From: an uncultured bacterium
GTDB lineage: Bacteria > Verrucomicrobiota > Verrucomicrobiia > Limisphaerales > UBA8199
Length of the DNA stretch: 64,000 nucleotides
Assembly (NCBI GenBank): GCA_963749495.1
Contig: CAVVMW010000010.1
Coordinates: forward strand, 64,001 to 128,000
Reading direction: 5' to 3'
Shown piece after piece: positions 1 through 10,784 of the stretch (its first letter is position 1; each line of letters opens with the position of its first letter). Position numbers and translations under genes: made by a program. Below the pieces are notes generated by a model. That model was not told the DNA's origin, made no database searches, and worked only from the letters and a program-made list of their open reading frames with translations.

Positions 1-2000
1 GCCCGAGCAGCGATGGCGCATCCGCTCCATTTCCTGGGCCAGACGCACCAGGTCCGCGCTGCGAATGTGCTCCTGCAGGATGACCGCGGCCGCCTTTTCC
101 ACCTCAGGCCCGTCCTGAGTGTTGAGCAGTATCCATCGAGCGGCGTTGAGGGCGGCTTCAGAGCTCGGATCGTTTTCCAAAACTGAAACGAGTTGGACGA
201 GATCAGGCGGGGCCTGGGGTTCTCCGGTCTTGCGGGGAGGGTTTTCGGCAAGGCCGGTCCCGGTCCAATATCCGATCCCCCGGTGGATGCGAACATCAGC
301 AACGTCGGTGCCGACCGGCATGCCCAACCCGGCCAGCGTGAAAGAGGCCGGAGCGACTGGCACATTCAACCGGGCATTGGACCGGGTGATCAGCCTCTGG
401 TAACCTGCAGGGCCGTATCTTATCACCGCAACTTGAACCGGAAGCGGGTCCTTGGGGGTTGCATCGTCGAACCTCGAGAGCACCTCGGAGTGACCATCTG
501 CGTGCTTCACAACTCGTTGGGGATGCGCCACATCAATCCAGAAATCGAGCGATTGGTCATTCTTGGAAAACATCTGCACGTGCCAGGCGGGATTTCCCTC
601 CACGAAGTCTTTGCCGGCCAGGCGGGTGGACTTTGCCTCGCTGTAGAACTGCCGCAGGCTCTCGATTGTAGTCTTGGGCGAAAACGCGGAGACCAGTCCA
701 AGACAGCGGGGATCGAACAAGTACTCCCCGCTCCCCTTGGCAGGGTCATCGATGACCGTGCTGCCGGAGGACGCCCCGCCGTTCTCCCGGTATTTCAGCA
801 GGGCCTCGCCGTCGTAGATCGAGACGATGCGCGCCTGAAACTCCTCAATCAACCCCGTTTTGAGCATCTCCTGGCGGGTCAAGCCCTTGGCTTCGGCGGC
901 CTGGGCTTCGGCAGCCGGCACCACATAACGATATCCCAGGCCCGATTGTTCAAAACGGCGCTTCTCGCCATCGAACATCACTTTAAGCCGCGCCACATTC
1001 GTGTCTGTCCGGGTCGCCCCGGCTCCATAAAAGTGAGTCTCAAATTCCATCGAGCCGAATCGATCCGCTGCCGGGCGCGGACGACAGCTTGCAAGAGCTT
1101 GAGCGGATCGGGGGCCTCCGCCTCGGCAACGCCGTTGGGGTCCCCGGGTGCTGGGGCAACGGCCCCGCCGTTTGCTCCTAACGCTGGATTCGGCGGCGCG
1201 GGCAGCCCCGCGTCCGCCGCCGGAACTCGGTGGCTGCCTGTCGCAGAGATCAGCCAGATCGTTATGGCTGTTCCCACAATGAGCGCCGCAGCGACGCCGG
1301 CGCCCAATTTCGCCTTGGAAGCGTACGCCAGCAGGCCCGCAAGGCCGGCTCCAGCCCCGATACCGGCCGCCGCCGGGATTCGCAGCGCCGCCAGCGCCAG
1401 CACTAACCCGGCCGGCGCCGCCTCCACCGCGCGCTCGGTCAGCAGAGTCCCCAGGGCGGCCGCGCCGCAGGCCAAGCCCCGCTCGCCGAAGAGCGTGCGC
1501 AACCGGTCCATCGCCCGGCTCACCCGCATCTTGGCCGCATCCTCGCTGATGCCCAGGGCCAGGCCCAGGTCGCGCATCGTCTTCTGCTCGAAAAACCGCA
1601 GCAGAATCACCTGCCGCTCGCCATCGTTCAACTCGTTCAACGCTTCATCCAGGACGGGGGCAATCTCGTTCCAGGGGGTATCTTCGGTGGGCTCGGGTTG
1701 CATAGCGGCGGCGTGTTCCTCGCGGGTGCGCCGGCGGATTTCGGAGCGCCAGAGGTCAATCGAGGCATGGACGGTGGTGCGGTGCAGCCATGCCACCAAT
1801 TCGGCATCGCCGCGAAGGTTCGGAGCCGCCTTGGCCAGCCGGATAAACACGGTTTGGGTCACCTCCTGCGCCAGGGCCACATTGGACAGGCGCCTCTTGG
1901 CCACCGAAAACACCAGGTTGGTGTAACGGCGGACCAGTTCCCCGAAGGCCCCATCCGCCCGGCTCTTCCTGAACTCGGCCAATAAGTCAGTTCCGTTCAT
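1..2000 (-). CDS. ECF sigma-70 factor with TM helix and long extracytoplasmic C-terminal extension (runs off window start; 1-bp frameshift ~1055)
   Basis: ORF 978..2000 has sigma2/sigma4 ECF motifs (AFGELVRRYTNLVFSVA, AQEVTQTVF, LRFFEQKT...LGISEDAAKMRVSRAMDRLR), then an Ala-rich linker and TM segment. After a shift at ...RIDS|GSMEFETHF the frame stays open to position 1. Confidence 0.88.
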
Positions 2001-2209
2001 TCATAATGGTAAACGTTGCCGCTGGCCAAAAGGTAACTGCCCAAAGCATATCCGGTCGAGCTTTTGGTGCTCGTCAGACCAAGTCCCCTTGGCTCCAGGC
2101 CCCGAGCCCATTTCCTCTGAGCGCACAACAGGTCCCTGCGGAACTGAAACTCCCCTTCGTTTAAAATGAATTGTCCGTTTTGATGGGGCTGTGGCCATGA
2201 TATGGGCAG

Positions 2210-4784
2210 ATGAACGATGACATGATCTTGGTGCGGGACTACGCCGCCAGCCAATCGGAATTGGCCTTCGCGGCGCTGGTCGAGCGTCACCTCAACCTCG
2301 TTCATTCGGCGGCCATGCGGCAGGTGCGTGACCCCGACTTGGCCGAGGAGGTCGTCCAGGCAGTCTTCATCATTCTCTCCCGCAAGGCCGCGACCCTTGG
2401 CACGGACACGATTCTTTCCGCTTGGCTGTATCGCACGACGCGATACGCCGCAGCGGATGCCCTGAAGGCCCGCCGCCGCCGGGAGTTGCGCGAACAGGAG
2501 GCTTACATGCAATCCATCCTCAACGAACCCCAGGGCGCCGTCTGGGAACAATTGGCGCCGCTGCTGGACGAAGCGATGGGTGCCCTGGGTGAGCGCGACC
2601 GTAGCGCGCTGGTGCTGCGGTTTTTTGAAAACAAGACTGCGCCGGAGGTCGCACGCGCGCTCAAGGTCAGCCCGGATGCCGCCCAGAAGCGGGTGACCCG
2701 CGCGTTGGAAAAGCTCCGGAGGTTTTTCAGCCGGCGCGGAGTGGCCTGTTCCGCAGTGGGCATCGCGGGGATGGTCGCGGCTAATGGGGTGCAGGCCTCG
2801 CCGGCAGGGCTGGCGGCGAAGGTGGCAGCGACGGCGGCAAAGGCCTCGGCACCATCGGCATCAATCCTGGCACTGGTGCATGGAGTCATTCGATTCATGG
2901 CGTGGACGAAATGCAAGGCGGTGCTCAGCCTCGGCGGCGGCGCGCTGATGACTGCCGGCGCGCTCGCCCTGGCCTTTCGGCAGGACGGCTCGGCAGTGCC
3001 AAGCACCCCTCAGAGTCCCGGCGTGACCCAGGGTGTCAGCACCAGCGCCAGCGTTTCGGACATCAACCAGGTCGGTGATGCGCTCCGGCCTTTTCCGAGC
3101 ACGGCACTCGCATCCCTCGACTCCGCCCCGGGAAGCTTGGTTGTGCAGCCGGACGGAAAGATCGTCGCCGCGGCGAGCCTGTTTGGGTTTTTTGTCAATT
3201 CGCACTCCGGCACGCTCGGGCATTTCAAACGGGGCGCGCTTCGCTTTGAGCCGAATGGGGATTGGGACCCCACCTTCGATTGCCGTGCGGAGTTCCCAGG
3301 CAGCAGCGCCTATAATGCCCACCTGGACCTTTGTCCGGACGGACGGCTCTTCATGTCCGGCCTGTTCGACTCGGTGGACGGCAGGCCCCGGCCCGGGTAT
3401 GCCATGTTGCTGCCCAAAGGGCGGGTGGACGAGTCTTTCGAGCCCCTGGCGGGGCACGACCAACGTGCCACAACGACCATACCTCCCCGGCGGCGTCTTC
3501 CCTGCGGCGCTGCGGAGCGACGGAACCGTAGCCGTCCTCTGCCGGTCGGTCGAGGGGACCGGCGCTTCCAACCTGGTGACGCGAGTCGAGCAAGATTCTT
3601 CCGGCAGAACGATCCTGACGAACGTCCTGGCGCCCGAGCAACTTCCCTGGACGGCCTATCGCCTCGATGCATCGGGGAGGCCCATCCTGCCGGCGACAAA
3701 GGTCCTGGGTTCTGAATTCTCGCGGCCATCCGGGCTGGTCCTCACGCTTGGGCCGGTCGGTTTCTGGGCCCGAAAACCGATTGACTGGACCCGGAGTACG
3801 CCCTCCGCCAGGCGGCCTTCGTTTCAGACCGGAACACCCGCCTCCGACCTGCCCGGCGGGAGGCCCGTCAGCGACTTGCCTTTCGAGCGGTGGACTGAGC
3901 CTCCTTCGGCCGTAGATGCGGCCGTGGCGTTCCAAGCCCTGTTCGAGGAGGTCCCCTTGGAGCTCTGCCGCTATGCCGTGCGCTTGCCAAACGGTGGCGT
4001 CATTCTGGCGGTCCGGGATGAAGCCGTCCCTGGAGGGCGCGCGCGACTTGTGCGCTTCGACAGAGACTGGCGGCCTGACCCGAGCTTCACAACCCAGTTC
4101 GAGGCCGCTGACCAGCGGAGCTGCCTGAGCCTCAAGCTCCAGGCGGACGGGAAGCTCCTCGTCGCCGGCCTGATCGGGAAGCTCAACGGAGAGGATTTCC
4201 CCGGACTCGTCCGGCTCGACGCAGAGGGCGCGATTGACCGCAGCTTCCGGTGCCAGATTGCCAACTCCTCCCCGCTCTCCGGGCGGACGCCAGCCGTGAT
4301 CGACCTGGCGATTCAGAAGGACGGGCGCATCGTAATTTGCGGCTTCTTCTCCACTGTGAACGGCGCCGAGTGCCCGCACATTGCCCGGCTGAATCCGGAT
4401 GGCTCGTTGGACGGGACTTTTCGGACACCGTTCATCACCCTGGAAGCGGTCAACCGGGAACGATTTGGCAAGATGCATGTTCCTGTCACTCAGCTCGCCA
4501 AGGCCGTGGAGGCGCCTGCCCCGACGGACCCGGGCGCAGGCGGGCCCGGCGCCTCGGGGCAAACCATTGTGATTACCTCGATGACCTTGCAGGGAGATGC
4601 CGCCGTCATCCAGTTCGCCGGTGCATCGCGCCAGCAGTATATCCTTCAAGCCAAGGACTCGATGACGGCCGGCGACTGGATCGATGTCGGCACCAACCAG
4701 GCAAATGCCGATGGAGTCGGAAGGCTTCGCGATGCAGAGGCAAATCAGCATCCAATGCGCTTCTACCGTATAGCCAGCCCTTAA
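2210..4784 (+). CDS. ECF sigma factor fused to TM helix, delta-60-type beta-propeller repeats and a C-terminal RFYR domain (frameshift ~3445)
   Basis: ECF motifs in 2210..~2720. Repeats of the type [33 protein letters not shown] and [13 protein letters not shown] span ORFs 2210..3715 and 3033..4784, which join at GAG CCC(C) TGG. The protein ends ...[10 protein letters not shown]. Confidence 0.85.
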
Positions 4785-4789
4785 AGAAT

Positions 4790-5209
4790 CAGGCGGAAGC
4801 CATCTCCAGGAATCCGTCAAATGCAAGCGATGGCGGGCCTCAAATTCGCAAGCACCCGGACGATCTGGTTTTGCCCCTTTTTGCTGACAATGGGTTGGCC
4901 GTCTCCGGGCTGCACAACCCCGACCCGGACGCGAACAAGAACCATACCGACCTGCACGCCATCGGCCGGCTCTGCTACATTGAACTGTACTATCAGAACG
5001 ACGGTGAACATGTGCAAGCCGCCGTTCTCTACGGCCGCGCCGACAAGCACTTTGTCCCGCTCAAATCACCCGATGATTTCGAGAAGCGCCTGGAGTGGGA
5101 CAAAGCGCAGTTTGCTCTTGTCAAGGAGTGGCTTGACGAGCATTTGCCTAAGAGCGTCTCGTTGGATGAGGTGCTTCTCCCGGAGTGTTTGCCCTCACTT
5201 TTGGTCTAA
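4790..5209 (+). pseudogene. Probable 3' gene fragment, unknown protein
   Basis: Protein-like translation (GRLCYIELYYQNDGEHVQAAVLYGRAD...KRLEWDKAQFALVKEWLDEHLP) with no credible start after the ECF stop. Confidence 0.35.
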
Positions 5210-5245
5210 TAAATGGCGGCCCTTGGTGTCCGAGAAAGTAGAACT

Positions 5246-6145
5246 ATGAATGTTCCCCGCTCGTCTCTCCTTTGCATTGCGGCAGCGTGCGCAGTCATTC
5301 AACCGGGCTGTTTGGCCACGGCTGCCGAGAACACGGCTGATCCGAACGGCCTTTATTACGTCTCCTCGGATTCCTCGGGTCTGGAATTGGAGACGCCCCG
5401 TGAGACCAAGGTCCGGTTGGGCGAGAAGGCGGACATCCGCATCCTCACCGCCCGCGTGTACTCTGAGAACAACGCCAATAGGGATTTCGAGGCGCGTTTG
5501 GGAACAACCGCGTACCCGGCGGTTGATACCCAGACCGTCAGTGGCGCCCGGCGGCTCTTTCTGCGGATCGGGGATCGGGCTTACCCATGGGGCGGCGGCG
5601 GGGGCCGGCAGGGGGAGTTTGACGAAATGCTGTTCAAGATTCACGGCCAAAGTGAGGCAAAAGCGGCCGCCAAGTGGCTGGGGGTCAAGTGCGCCTTACG
5701 CTCGCATCCAGGTTACCGATTGCTCGCGCAATTCGTGCCAACGCACCCGGAATACGACTCCGGCGGACCGATCATCGTGAATTTCGAACTGAGGAATGTC
5801 GGTGACCGGACGCTGTTTTTCCGCCGGGGCGGGGCACAACGCGGCGCGCGCGACAACCAGTACGCCTTTCTAGCCAAGTTCGGGAGCCGGATAGTGCCTG
5901 ACACCGGCGATCCCACGCACTTTGGCGGCTTCGTAGAGTTCATCCAGCTCAAGCCCGGGGAGGCGTTCACGGATGAAATCGACCTCAAGAAGTGGTTCGC
6001 GTTCGATAAGGCCGGAAGGTACTTTATTCAGGGCTTGTACGGCCTGGTTTTCGAGCCGGGGGACGCGAGCACGGTGGGCAACGTTCCCTGGAGCAGGATC
6101 TGGGAGGACTGCGCGTCGGCCCACTTCCAGGTCGTGGTGAGGTAG
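5246..6145 (+). CDS. Secreted hypothetical protein
   Basis: 299-aa ORF from ATG 5246 with a signal-peptide-like N-terminus (SSLLCIAAACAVIQPGCLA) and a beta-sandwich-like C-terminal half (IIVNFELRNVGDR...LKPGEAFTDEIDL). Confidence 0.75.
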   Translation: MNVPRSSLLCIAAACAVIQPGCLATAAENTADPNGLYYVSSDSSGLELETPRETKVRLGEKADIRILTARVYSENNANRDFEARLGTTAYPAVDTQTVSGARRLFLRIGDRAYPWGGGGGRQGEFDEMLFKIHGQSEAKAAAKWLGVKCALRSHPGYRLLAQFVPTHPEYDSGGPIIVNFELRNVGDRTLFFRRGGAQRGARDNQYAFLAKFGSRIVPDTGDPTHFGGFVEFIQLKPGEAFTDEIDLKKWFAFDKAGRYFIQGLYGLVFEPGDASTVGNVPWSRIWEDCASAHFQVVVR

Positions 6146-6245
6146 ATCTGCATGAGGCGAGATTCACCGGTGAACCAGATCCTTCTCCCACCCTGTTCTC
6201 GGGCCTTGGCTTTTCCAGCAGCCCATATCGCTTTGTGTGTCGGGC

Positions 6246-6680
6246 TTATTTTGCCGAACCAACGTGGTCGGCAGGCATTTCCTCCGGAGCGGGCGCCGGG
6301 AGGGTGACCGTTCCGGTGGCGGCCCATTCGCACCCGCGGGCAAGGGTGACCTGGAAGCCGGTATCCCGGAGAGAAAGGGCGTCGTGCCCCAGCGCGTCGT
6401 GGAAAACGCGGCCGCGGCCGTAGCCGATGGCCAGGAGCAGCGGCTCGTGCCGGCCCGTACCGCCCTTTTGGGGAGCGGAGTAGGCGGTGGCCAGGACGGC
6501 CACGTTTTGGGCCGGGCCGCGAAGGCTGTCGTACAATTCATCCACCGAGTGGAGCCATCTCGGAGGCAGGTCCTTGACGATCACATGCTGTGGCAAGCGA
6601 GTCTCGACGAGGTATTCGTGCGCCTGGCCATGGTGCCCTCCCGCCCCGGGCGCAGTTCGCGAACGATCCGGCCAGGCACG
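6246..6680 (-). pseudogene. C-terminal fragment of a ThuA-like (trehalose utilization) domain protein
   Basis: Motifs [55 protein letters not shown] and RGCEWAATG. The 5' part is absent. Confidence 0.7.
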
Positions 6681-7067
6681 TGCTCCTGACGCTCCTCTAC
6701 GAGCGGCAAGACTCCAAGATTTGGGTCTGGAGGGCGAGGATGGGCTTCCTCGGGCCGCAGAGCATCGTGAACGTGCGGCTCGAAGCGTCGACGAACAAGC
6801 GGATCTGGGCCAAAGGGCTCGGGCTGTATGCGTGGCTCAGCACGGCGCCCCGCCCGAAGCAGGCATGACCGGGGAGGTCCTGGGGGCACTCCCCTTGTCG
6901 CGCCATGGGAGCGCAACATGCCGCCAGCGCTCGCTAGGCGGGCTGAGATCTGCGGCGCGATGCCGTCTGTTTGACCCGCTTGCCCTCCCGCGCAGTGCCG
7001 TCAAAGCGGGGAAGGGTCTCCCGCGCGCCGCGGCTCGTTCCACCCTTGGGCTCGGGCTTGGGCTGCC

Positions 7068-7442
7068 TCAGGGCTGTGGGACGAAGACCGGGACTGGTAA
7101 GATGGCGGCCTGGAGCCGGCGCAGATCGGCCAAGTCGGCGGGGCTTTCGGCCCGCTTCCAATAGCTCTGCTTGCTTTTGAACTGCTTGGGCCATTTCCAT
7201 TTCCACGTCTCTGCGTGGCCATCGGCGAAAGACAACACTCCCGCCTGGCCATGCCGGTCAGCCGGCATATTGACCCAGCGGTCATCAGGCGCGGGCCATC
7301 TCAGGAAATGCGCGTCGTCGATGCTGTCTTCGTTTTCATCAATGAACACGAAAAGGCGGGCTGGCTGCGGAATGTCAGCCGCGCGCGTCACAGTGTTTTG
7401 GACCTCGTTGGTCCGGCCGCCCAAGCACCCGCTCATCGAGTA
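7068..7442 (-). pseudogene. C-terminal half of a prepilin-type/H-X9-DG (DUF1559-like) protein
   Basis: YSMS...FVFIDENEDSIDDAHF...WVNMPADRHGQAGVLSFADGHAETWKW...DLRRLQ. There is no N-terminal methylation motif; it is joined in frame to the integrase fragment. Confidence 0.75.
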
Positions 7443-7812
7443 GCCGCCTTCGTTGCGGATGGCGTGCAGGTGGGCGTGGGTCTCAGTGACCGTCGGGGCG
7501 TGGGGTTCATGGACGGGGCGTTTGGCGCGCAAGGCGCTGACGCACCCGAGCGGCTGAGCGAGAACCTCGCGGTAGAAGAAGAGGATGGCGTTGAAGGCCT
7601 GGTTTCGAGTGCTGGCGGCCACGTTGTGCCGGGAAGCCAGACTCGGTGAGGAAGCGTTCGAGCTTGGCTCCGCTGGAGAGGCCCCCGGGCATGGTGGTGA
7701 GCGCGGCCATATAGCGGCGGAGCCAGAAGACGTAGCACTCTTCGCTGGAGAGGGCTTTGTGCTGGCGGCGGAGGACCTCGCGGAGTCGCTCGATTGCGAT
7801 GGTCGAGTTCAT
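7440..7812 (-). pseudogene. intI: Truncated integron-integrase-like tyrosine recombinase (N-terminal SAM-like domain only; frameshift ~7641)
   Basis: RLREVLRRQHKALSSEECYVFWLRRY ... FLTE|LASRHNVAASTRNQAFNAILFFYREVL...RAKRP parallels the IntI N-terminus. The catalytic domain is missing. Confidence 0.75.
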
Positions 7813-7974
7813 TTTGGGGTCGAATCTAAGATGGAGGGTTGGACAACGGCGGTCCATGGGCAAAAAAGGTGGAAAGTGTCTTTTCTCTTGCAATAACCGA
7901 ACAGGCCGTTGTATTAATAGAAGAAGGTCATTGGGAATGAAGAACTTGCGAACGAGAACCTGCCGATTCTCCGG

Positions 7975-8013
7975 CAGGATCAGCGACTGGTCGCCGCAGA
8001 ATCACAGTTAAGC
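7975..8013 (+). other. Putative attI site (crossover G/TTAAGC at 8007-8013)
   Basis: A GTTRRRY core lies between the divergent intI fragment and the cassette ORF, 17 bp before its ATG. Confidence 0.5.
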
Positions 8014-8029
8014 ATTAGAACGCACGACA

Positions 8030-8776
8030 ATGAAAACCAAATGCTTTTTAGTTCTACTGGCTGCGCAATTCTACTGTGTATCGGTTCAGGCTTTTAGGTC
8101 GATTGATTTCTACCAAACCGGCGGGAACCCGTTTTCCGAAGAATTCACAACCAATTACGCATCTGCACTCAAGGAATGCCAGGCATCTCACTCGTTCGCG
8201 TCATTTTCAAACATGGTGATAAAGTTCAAGAAGCCGCAGGAACAAGCCGAGTTGGAAATCACCATGGGAATAGGCTATTGTCAATGGAGTGGGTGCACCG
8301 ATGATCGTAAAGCCATTGAACACTTAGGAAATGCGTTGTTTTATGACTTGCCCCCGACGGTTCTGCTTGGTGTTTACCTGGATCGGGGCGGCTGCAAAGA
8401 GAGACTCAAGCAAAAACGGGCTGCCTTGGAAGACTATCTTCGAGGCCTCGCAGAGTGCCTTCGCTATCAGTTGCCCGCAAAACCGCCTGAGTATCTTCGC
8501 CCGAACGTTGTTTATGATGTAGTATTTGCCGAACCGGGCGATGATGCGGTCAAGGAACAATACCGCCAACTCAGAGAGAACCAGGAGAGACAGCTTAGGC
8601 AATTCCGCTTTGAAGAGGTGATGATCAGAGAACGGGACATTTTGATTGAGGTCGCCAAACGGGTTTCCAGTGGTGACGCCGAACAAATCCGTTTGGCAGC
8701 GGAGACGGTTGTGGCAGACAAATCCAAGATTCAACAGGTTGAAGCATTGATCACGGCGCCTGACCCCAAGCCATAA
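8030..8776 (+). CDS. Integron gene cassette: secreted alpha-helical (TPR-like) hypothetical protein
   Basis: 248-aa ORF with a signal peptide, visibly lower GC than its flanks, bounded by the attI-like site and attC. Confidence 0.8.
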   Translation: MKTKCFLVLLAAQFYCVSVQAFRSIDFYQTGGNPFSEEFTTNYASALKECQASHSFASFSNMVIKFKKPQEQAELEITMGIGYCQWSGCTDDRKAIEHLGNALFYDLPPTVLLGVYLDRGGCKERLKQKRAALEDYLRGLAECLRYQLPAKPPEYLRPNVVYDVVFAEPGDDAVKEQYRQLRENQERQLRQFRFEEVMIRERDILIEVAKRVSSGDAEQIRLAAETVVADKSKIQQVEALITAPDPKP

Positions 8777-8813
8777 ATGTTGAAGACGAGCACAACAACA
8801 CAGAAGCCATGAC

Positions 8814-8939
8814 GCGCAACAAATCGCTGGAGTCGAACCGCCGCCGCGCCACTCCGCTCGGAGCTGTGCGGGATTTCGGACGCACCGGTCACGCTCTAGC
8901 TTGCGTTCCCGGCGGCGGTCGCTCAGCTTGGTGTTCGGC
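8814..8939 (+). mobile_element. Integron attC recombination site (126 bp)
   Basis: R'' GCGCAAC (8814-8820), L''-side GCTGGAGTCGAAC, inner arms CGCCGCCG/CGGCGGCG, L'-side GTCGCTCAGC, R' GTTCGGC (8933-8939). It is an imperfect palindrome just after the cassette ORF. Confidence 0.8.
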
Positions 8940-9168
8940 GTGTGTGCGTATCGCGATCGGAAATGCGGCCTTCGCCTGGTCAGCCGTGACTTTGCCGGAG
9001 AAGAGCGCGTTGGCGAACGCGGATTTGTGGCAGAGCCGTGAGACGCGTCGTTCGGAACAGCCAGCCGAGAGAAGCCGCGGCGCCGTTCACTCCTCCCCTG
9101 GCGATAGGAACGAATTCTGGCTTGCTATCAGGCACCGAGTGGTGCTCCTTTCCCACTGGCCAAAGACC

Positions 9169-10368
9169 ATGAAGCGAACCGTGATCGTATTGTGCAGCCT
9201 GCTGTGCTTGGCGGGATTGCTCCTGGGAATCACCTCGTTGTGCGCCGCCGACCCAAACGCCCCGAAGTTCGTTCCAATGCACTCGCAACCGCTTGGGACT
9301 TACACCTGGATGCTCTATCCTTGGGCAGGGGACGTGCCCATTCAAGACGGCAAGGTGTGGATCCAGACGATCTCAAACCTCACGAACCGGCAGTGTTTCC
9401 TTTACGACGTCACCAACCGCGCGATAGTCGGGGAATTGTTCAAGGCGTGGCCGGTCTTCTTCAATCACGACCAGACCAAGCTCTTGTGCGAGGGTTATTC
9501 GTTGGAAGGGGCCTGGAAATGGAAGCTGATCAGTTGGTTGCAGAATCGCCCCTTCGGCAAGAGGCTGGCTCGCAAGATGAGGCGCCTGGAGGCCTTCTGG
9601 ATCCTGAATCTCAAGGACGTGTCCGCAAGACGAGTCGGCCAGCTTTCACAGCGCTTGGGCACCGGCAGCAGTTTCCTGACTTCGCCGGACTTTCGTTACG
9701 GGTTGAACAGCCCCAGCACCAGCCCCGAAGCCGAGTGGTTCGTGTGCGACGTGGAGAGCAACCGGTTTACGAAGGTGACCCTCAGCGGCCAGGTTTCAGG
9801 TTGGTGGGATACGCGGAACGTTCTGGTCAAGGAGCGGGATGGCAGTTTTGTCCTCTTCGACGTTGAGACCCGCCAGACCCGCACGCTTTTCAGCGCGGCG
9901 GCGGTCTCCAAGTCCTTGGAGCAACTGGGCCTGCCGAGCGATCCGGCCGCTATCGGCACCTTGCACAATTGGAACGGGAGGGAGTATGACTTCTATTTCA
10001 CGCTGGCCAAGCAGAGGCACTCGGGCGAGTCCTTTCTTTTGAAAGCGGACCGCGCCACCAGGACGTTGAGGCTGGTCAAACGAAACTTCCAATTCCACCA
10101 TTTGGGCCGCCTGGATGCCGAGGGCACACACTACCTTTACGAAGGAGAGAATGGGACGCCCGGCGCTGGAGGCAACGGCGGGCTCTATTTGCGTGACCTG
10201 TCGGACGACAGCGTCCGGACCCTCGTTGAGCCCGACAACCGCGGCCAGTATGCCCTGGCCCGATTCTGCGCGGACGGGGTGATCTACTTGCGCAACAAGC
10301 AGATCTTCCGGGTGGATCTGAACGGGAGCAATAATGCGCCTTTGTTTCAGCCGGGCGAGAGCCGGTAA
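9169..10368 (+). CDS. Secreted beta-propeller-like (TolB-like) protein
   Basis: ATG 9169 starts a signal peptide (MKRTVIVLCSLLCLAGLLLG). Repeated strand-turn motifs such as LYLRDLSDDSVRTL and IFRVDLNGSN. Confidence 0.72.
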   Translation: MKRTVIVLCSLLCLAGLLLGITSLCAADPNAPKFVPMHSQPLGTYTWMLYPWAGDVPIQDGKVWIQTISNLTNRQCFLYDVTNRAIVGELFKAWPVFFNHDQTKLLCEGYSLEGAWKWKLISWLQNRPFGKRLARKMRRLEAFWILNLKDVSARRVGQLSQRLGTGSSFLTSPDFRYGLNSPSTSPEAEWFVCDVESNRFTKVTLSGQVSGWWDTRNVLVKERDGSFVLFDVETRQTRTLFSAAAVSKSLEQLGLPSDPAAIGTLHNWNGREYDFYFTLAKQRHSGESFLLKADRATRTLRLVKRNFQFHHLGRLDAEGTHYLYEGENGTPGAGGNGGLYLRDLSDDSVRTLVEPDNRGQYALARFCADGVIYLRNKQIFRVDLNGSNNAPLFQPGESR

Positions 10369-10389
10369 CGCTCGGAGAATTCCGCCGTG

Positions 10390-10590
10390 CGCCCTGCTCG
10401 TGGATGGCGCTGGCACCCTCGATGTGGCGCAATGGGGAACAGGCTTGATTCGCAGGACTTCACCCTGGAGCGTCGTCATTATGCTCGCGAGCGGAAAGTC
10501 TGATTTCAGGGGGCCTGTGGGTATGGTCCTGGATGCGGCGGGGAACCTGCATGTGTCGGATCAGGTCTTTTCCAACAACGGCGGCGATTT
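10390..10590 (+). pseudogene. Degenerate NHL-repeat remnant
   Basis: VDGAGTLDVAQWGTGLIRR...FRGPVGMVLDAAGNLHVSD resembles two NHL blades; there is no start. Confidence 0.4.
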
Positions 10591-10632
10591 GGCCGAACCA
10601 GGGAGCCGGTAGGGCGCGGGTGCGAGGGGATG

Positions 10633-10720
10633 CTTCGTTCCCTTGGTTGCCTTCTGTGTGCGTTCTCTGGAATGACGGAAGGAGTGCCAGCTTTTACAGA
10701 AGGGAACAAAGGAAACGAAG
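10633..10720. repeat. REP-like inverted repeat between convergent transcription units
   Basis: CTTCGTTCCCTTGGTTGCCTTCTGT (10633-10657) pairs with ACAGAAGGGAACAAAGGAAACGAAG (10696-10720), 22/25 matched. Confidence 0.7.
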
Positions 10721-10784
10721 AGGCAGAAAGGAGAGAACCTCCTTAACATCCTTGGCCCCGGGTCTCGGCGATTTTGATCGCCGC

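Noticed and set aside
193..1926. 577-aa plus-strand ORF and similar long antisense ORFs (12209..13867, 13441..14973, 40080..41675, 46531..47946)
   Set aside because: They are shadow frames of well-supported opposite-strand genes in high-GC DNA and carry no recognisable motifs.
8809..9168. N-terminal 120 aa of the 519-aa ORF 8809..10368
   Set aside because: It is translated attC and intergenic DNA; the signal peptide begins at ATG 9169.
9169..10420. Second integron cassette
   Set aside because: No attC-like palindrome follows the stop at 10368, the leader is ~230 bp, and GC matches the host.
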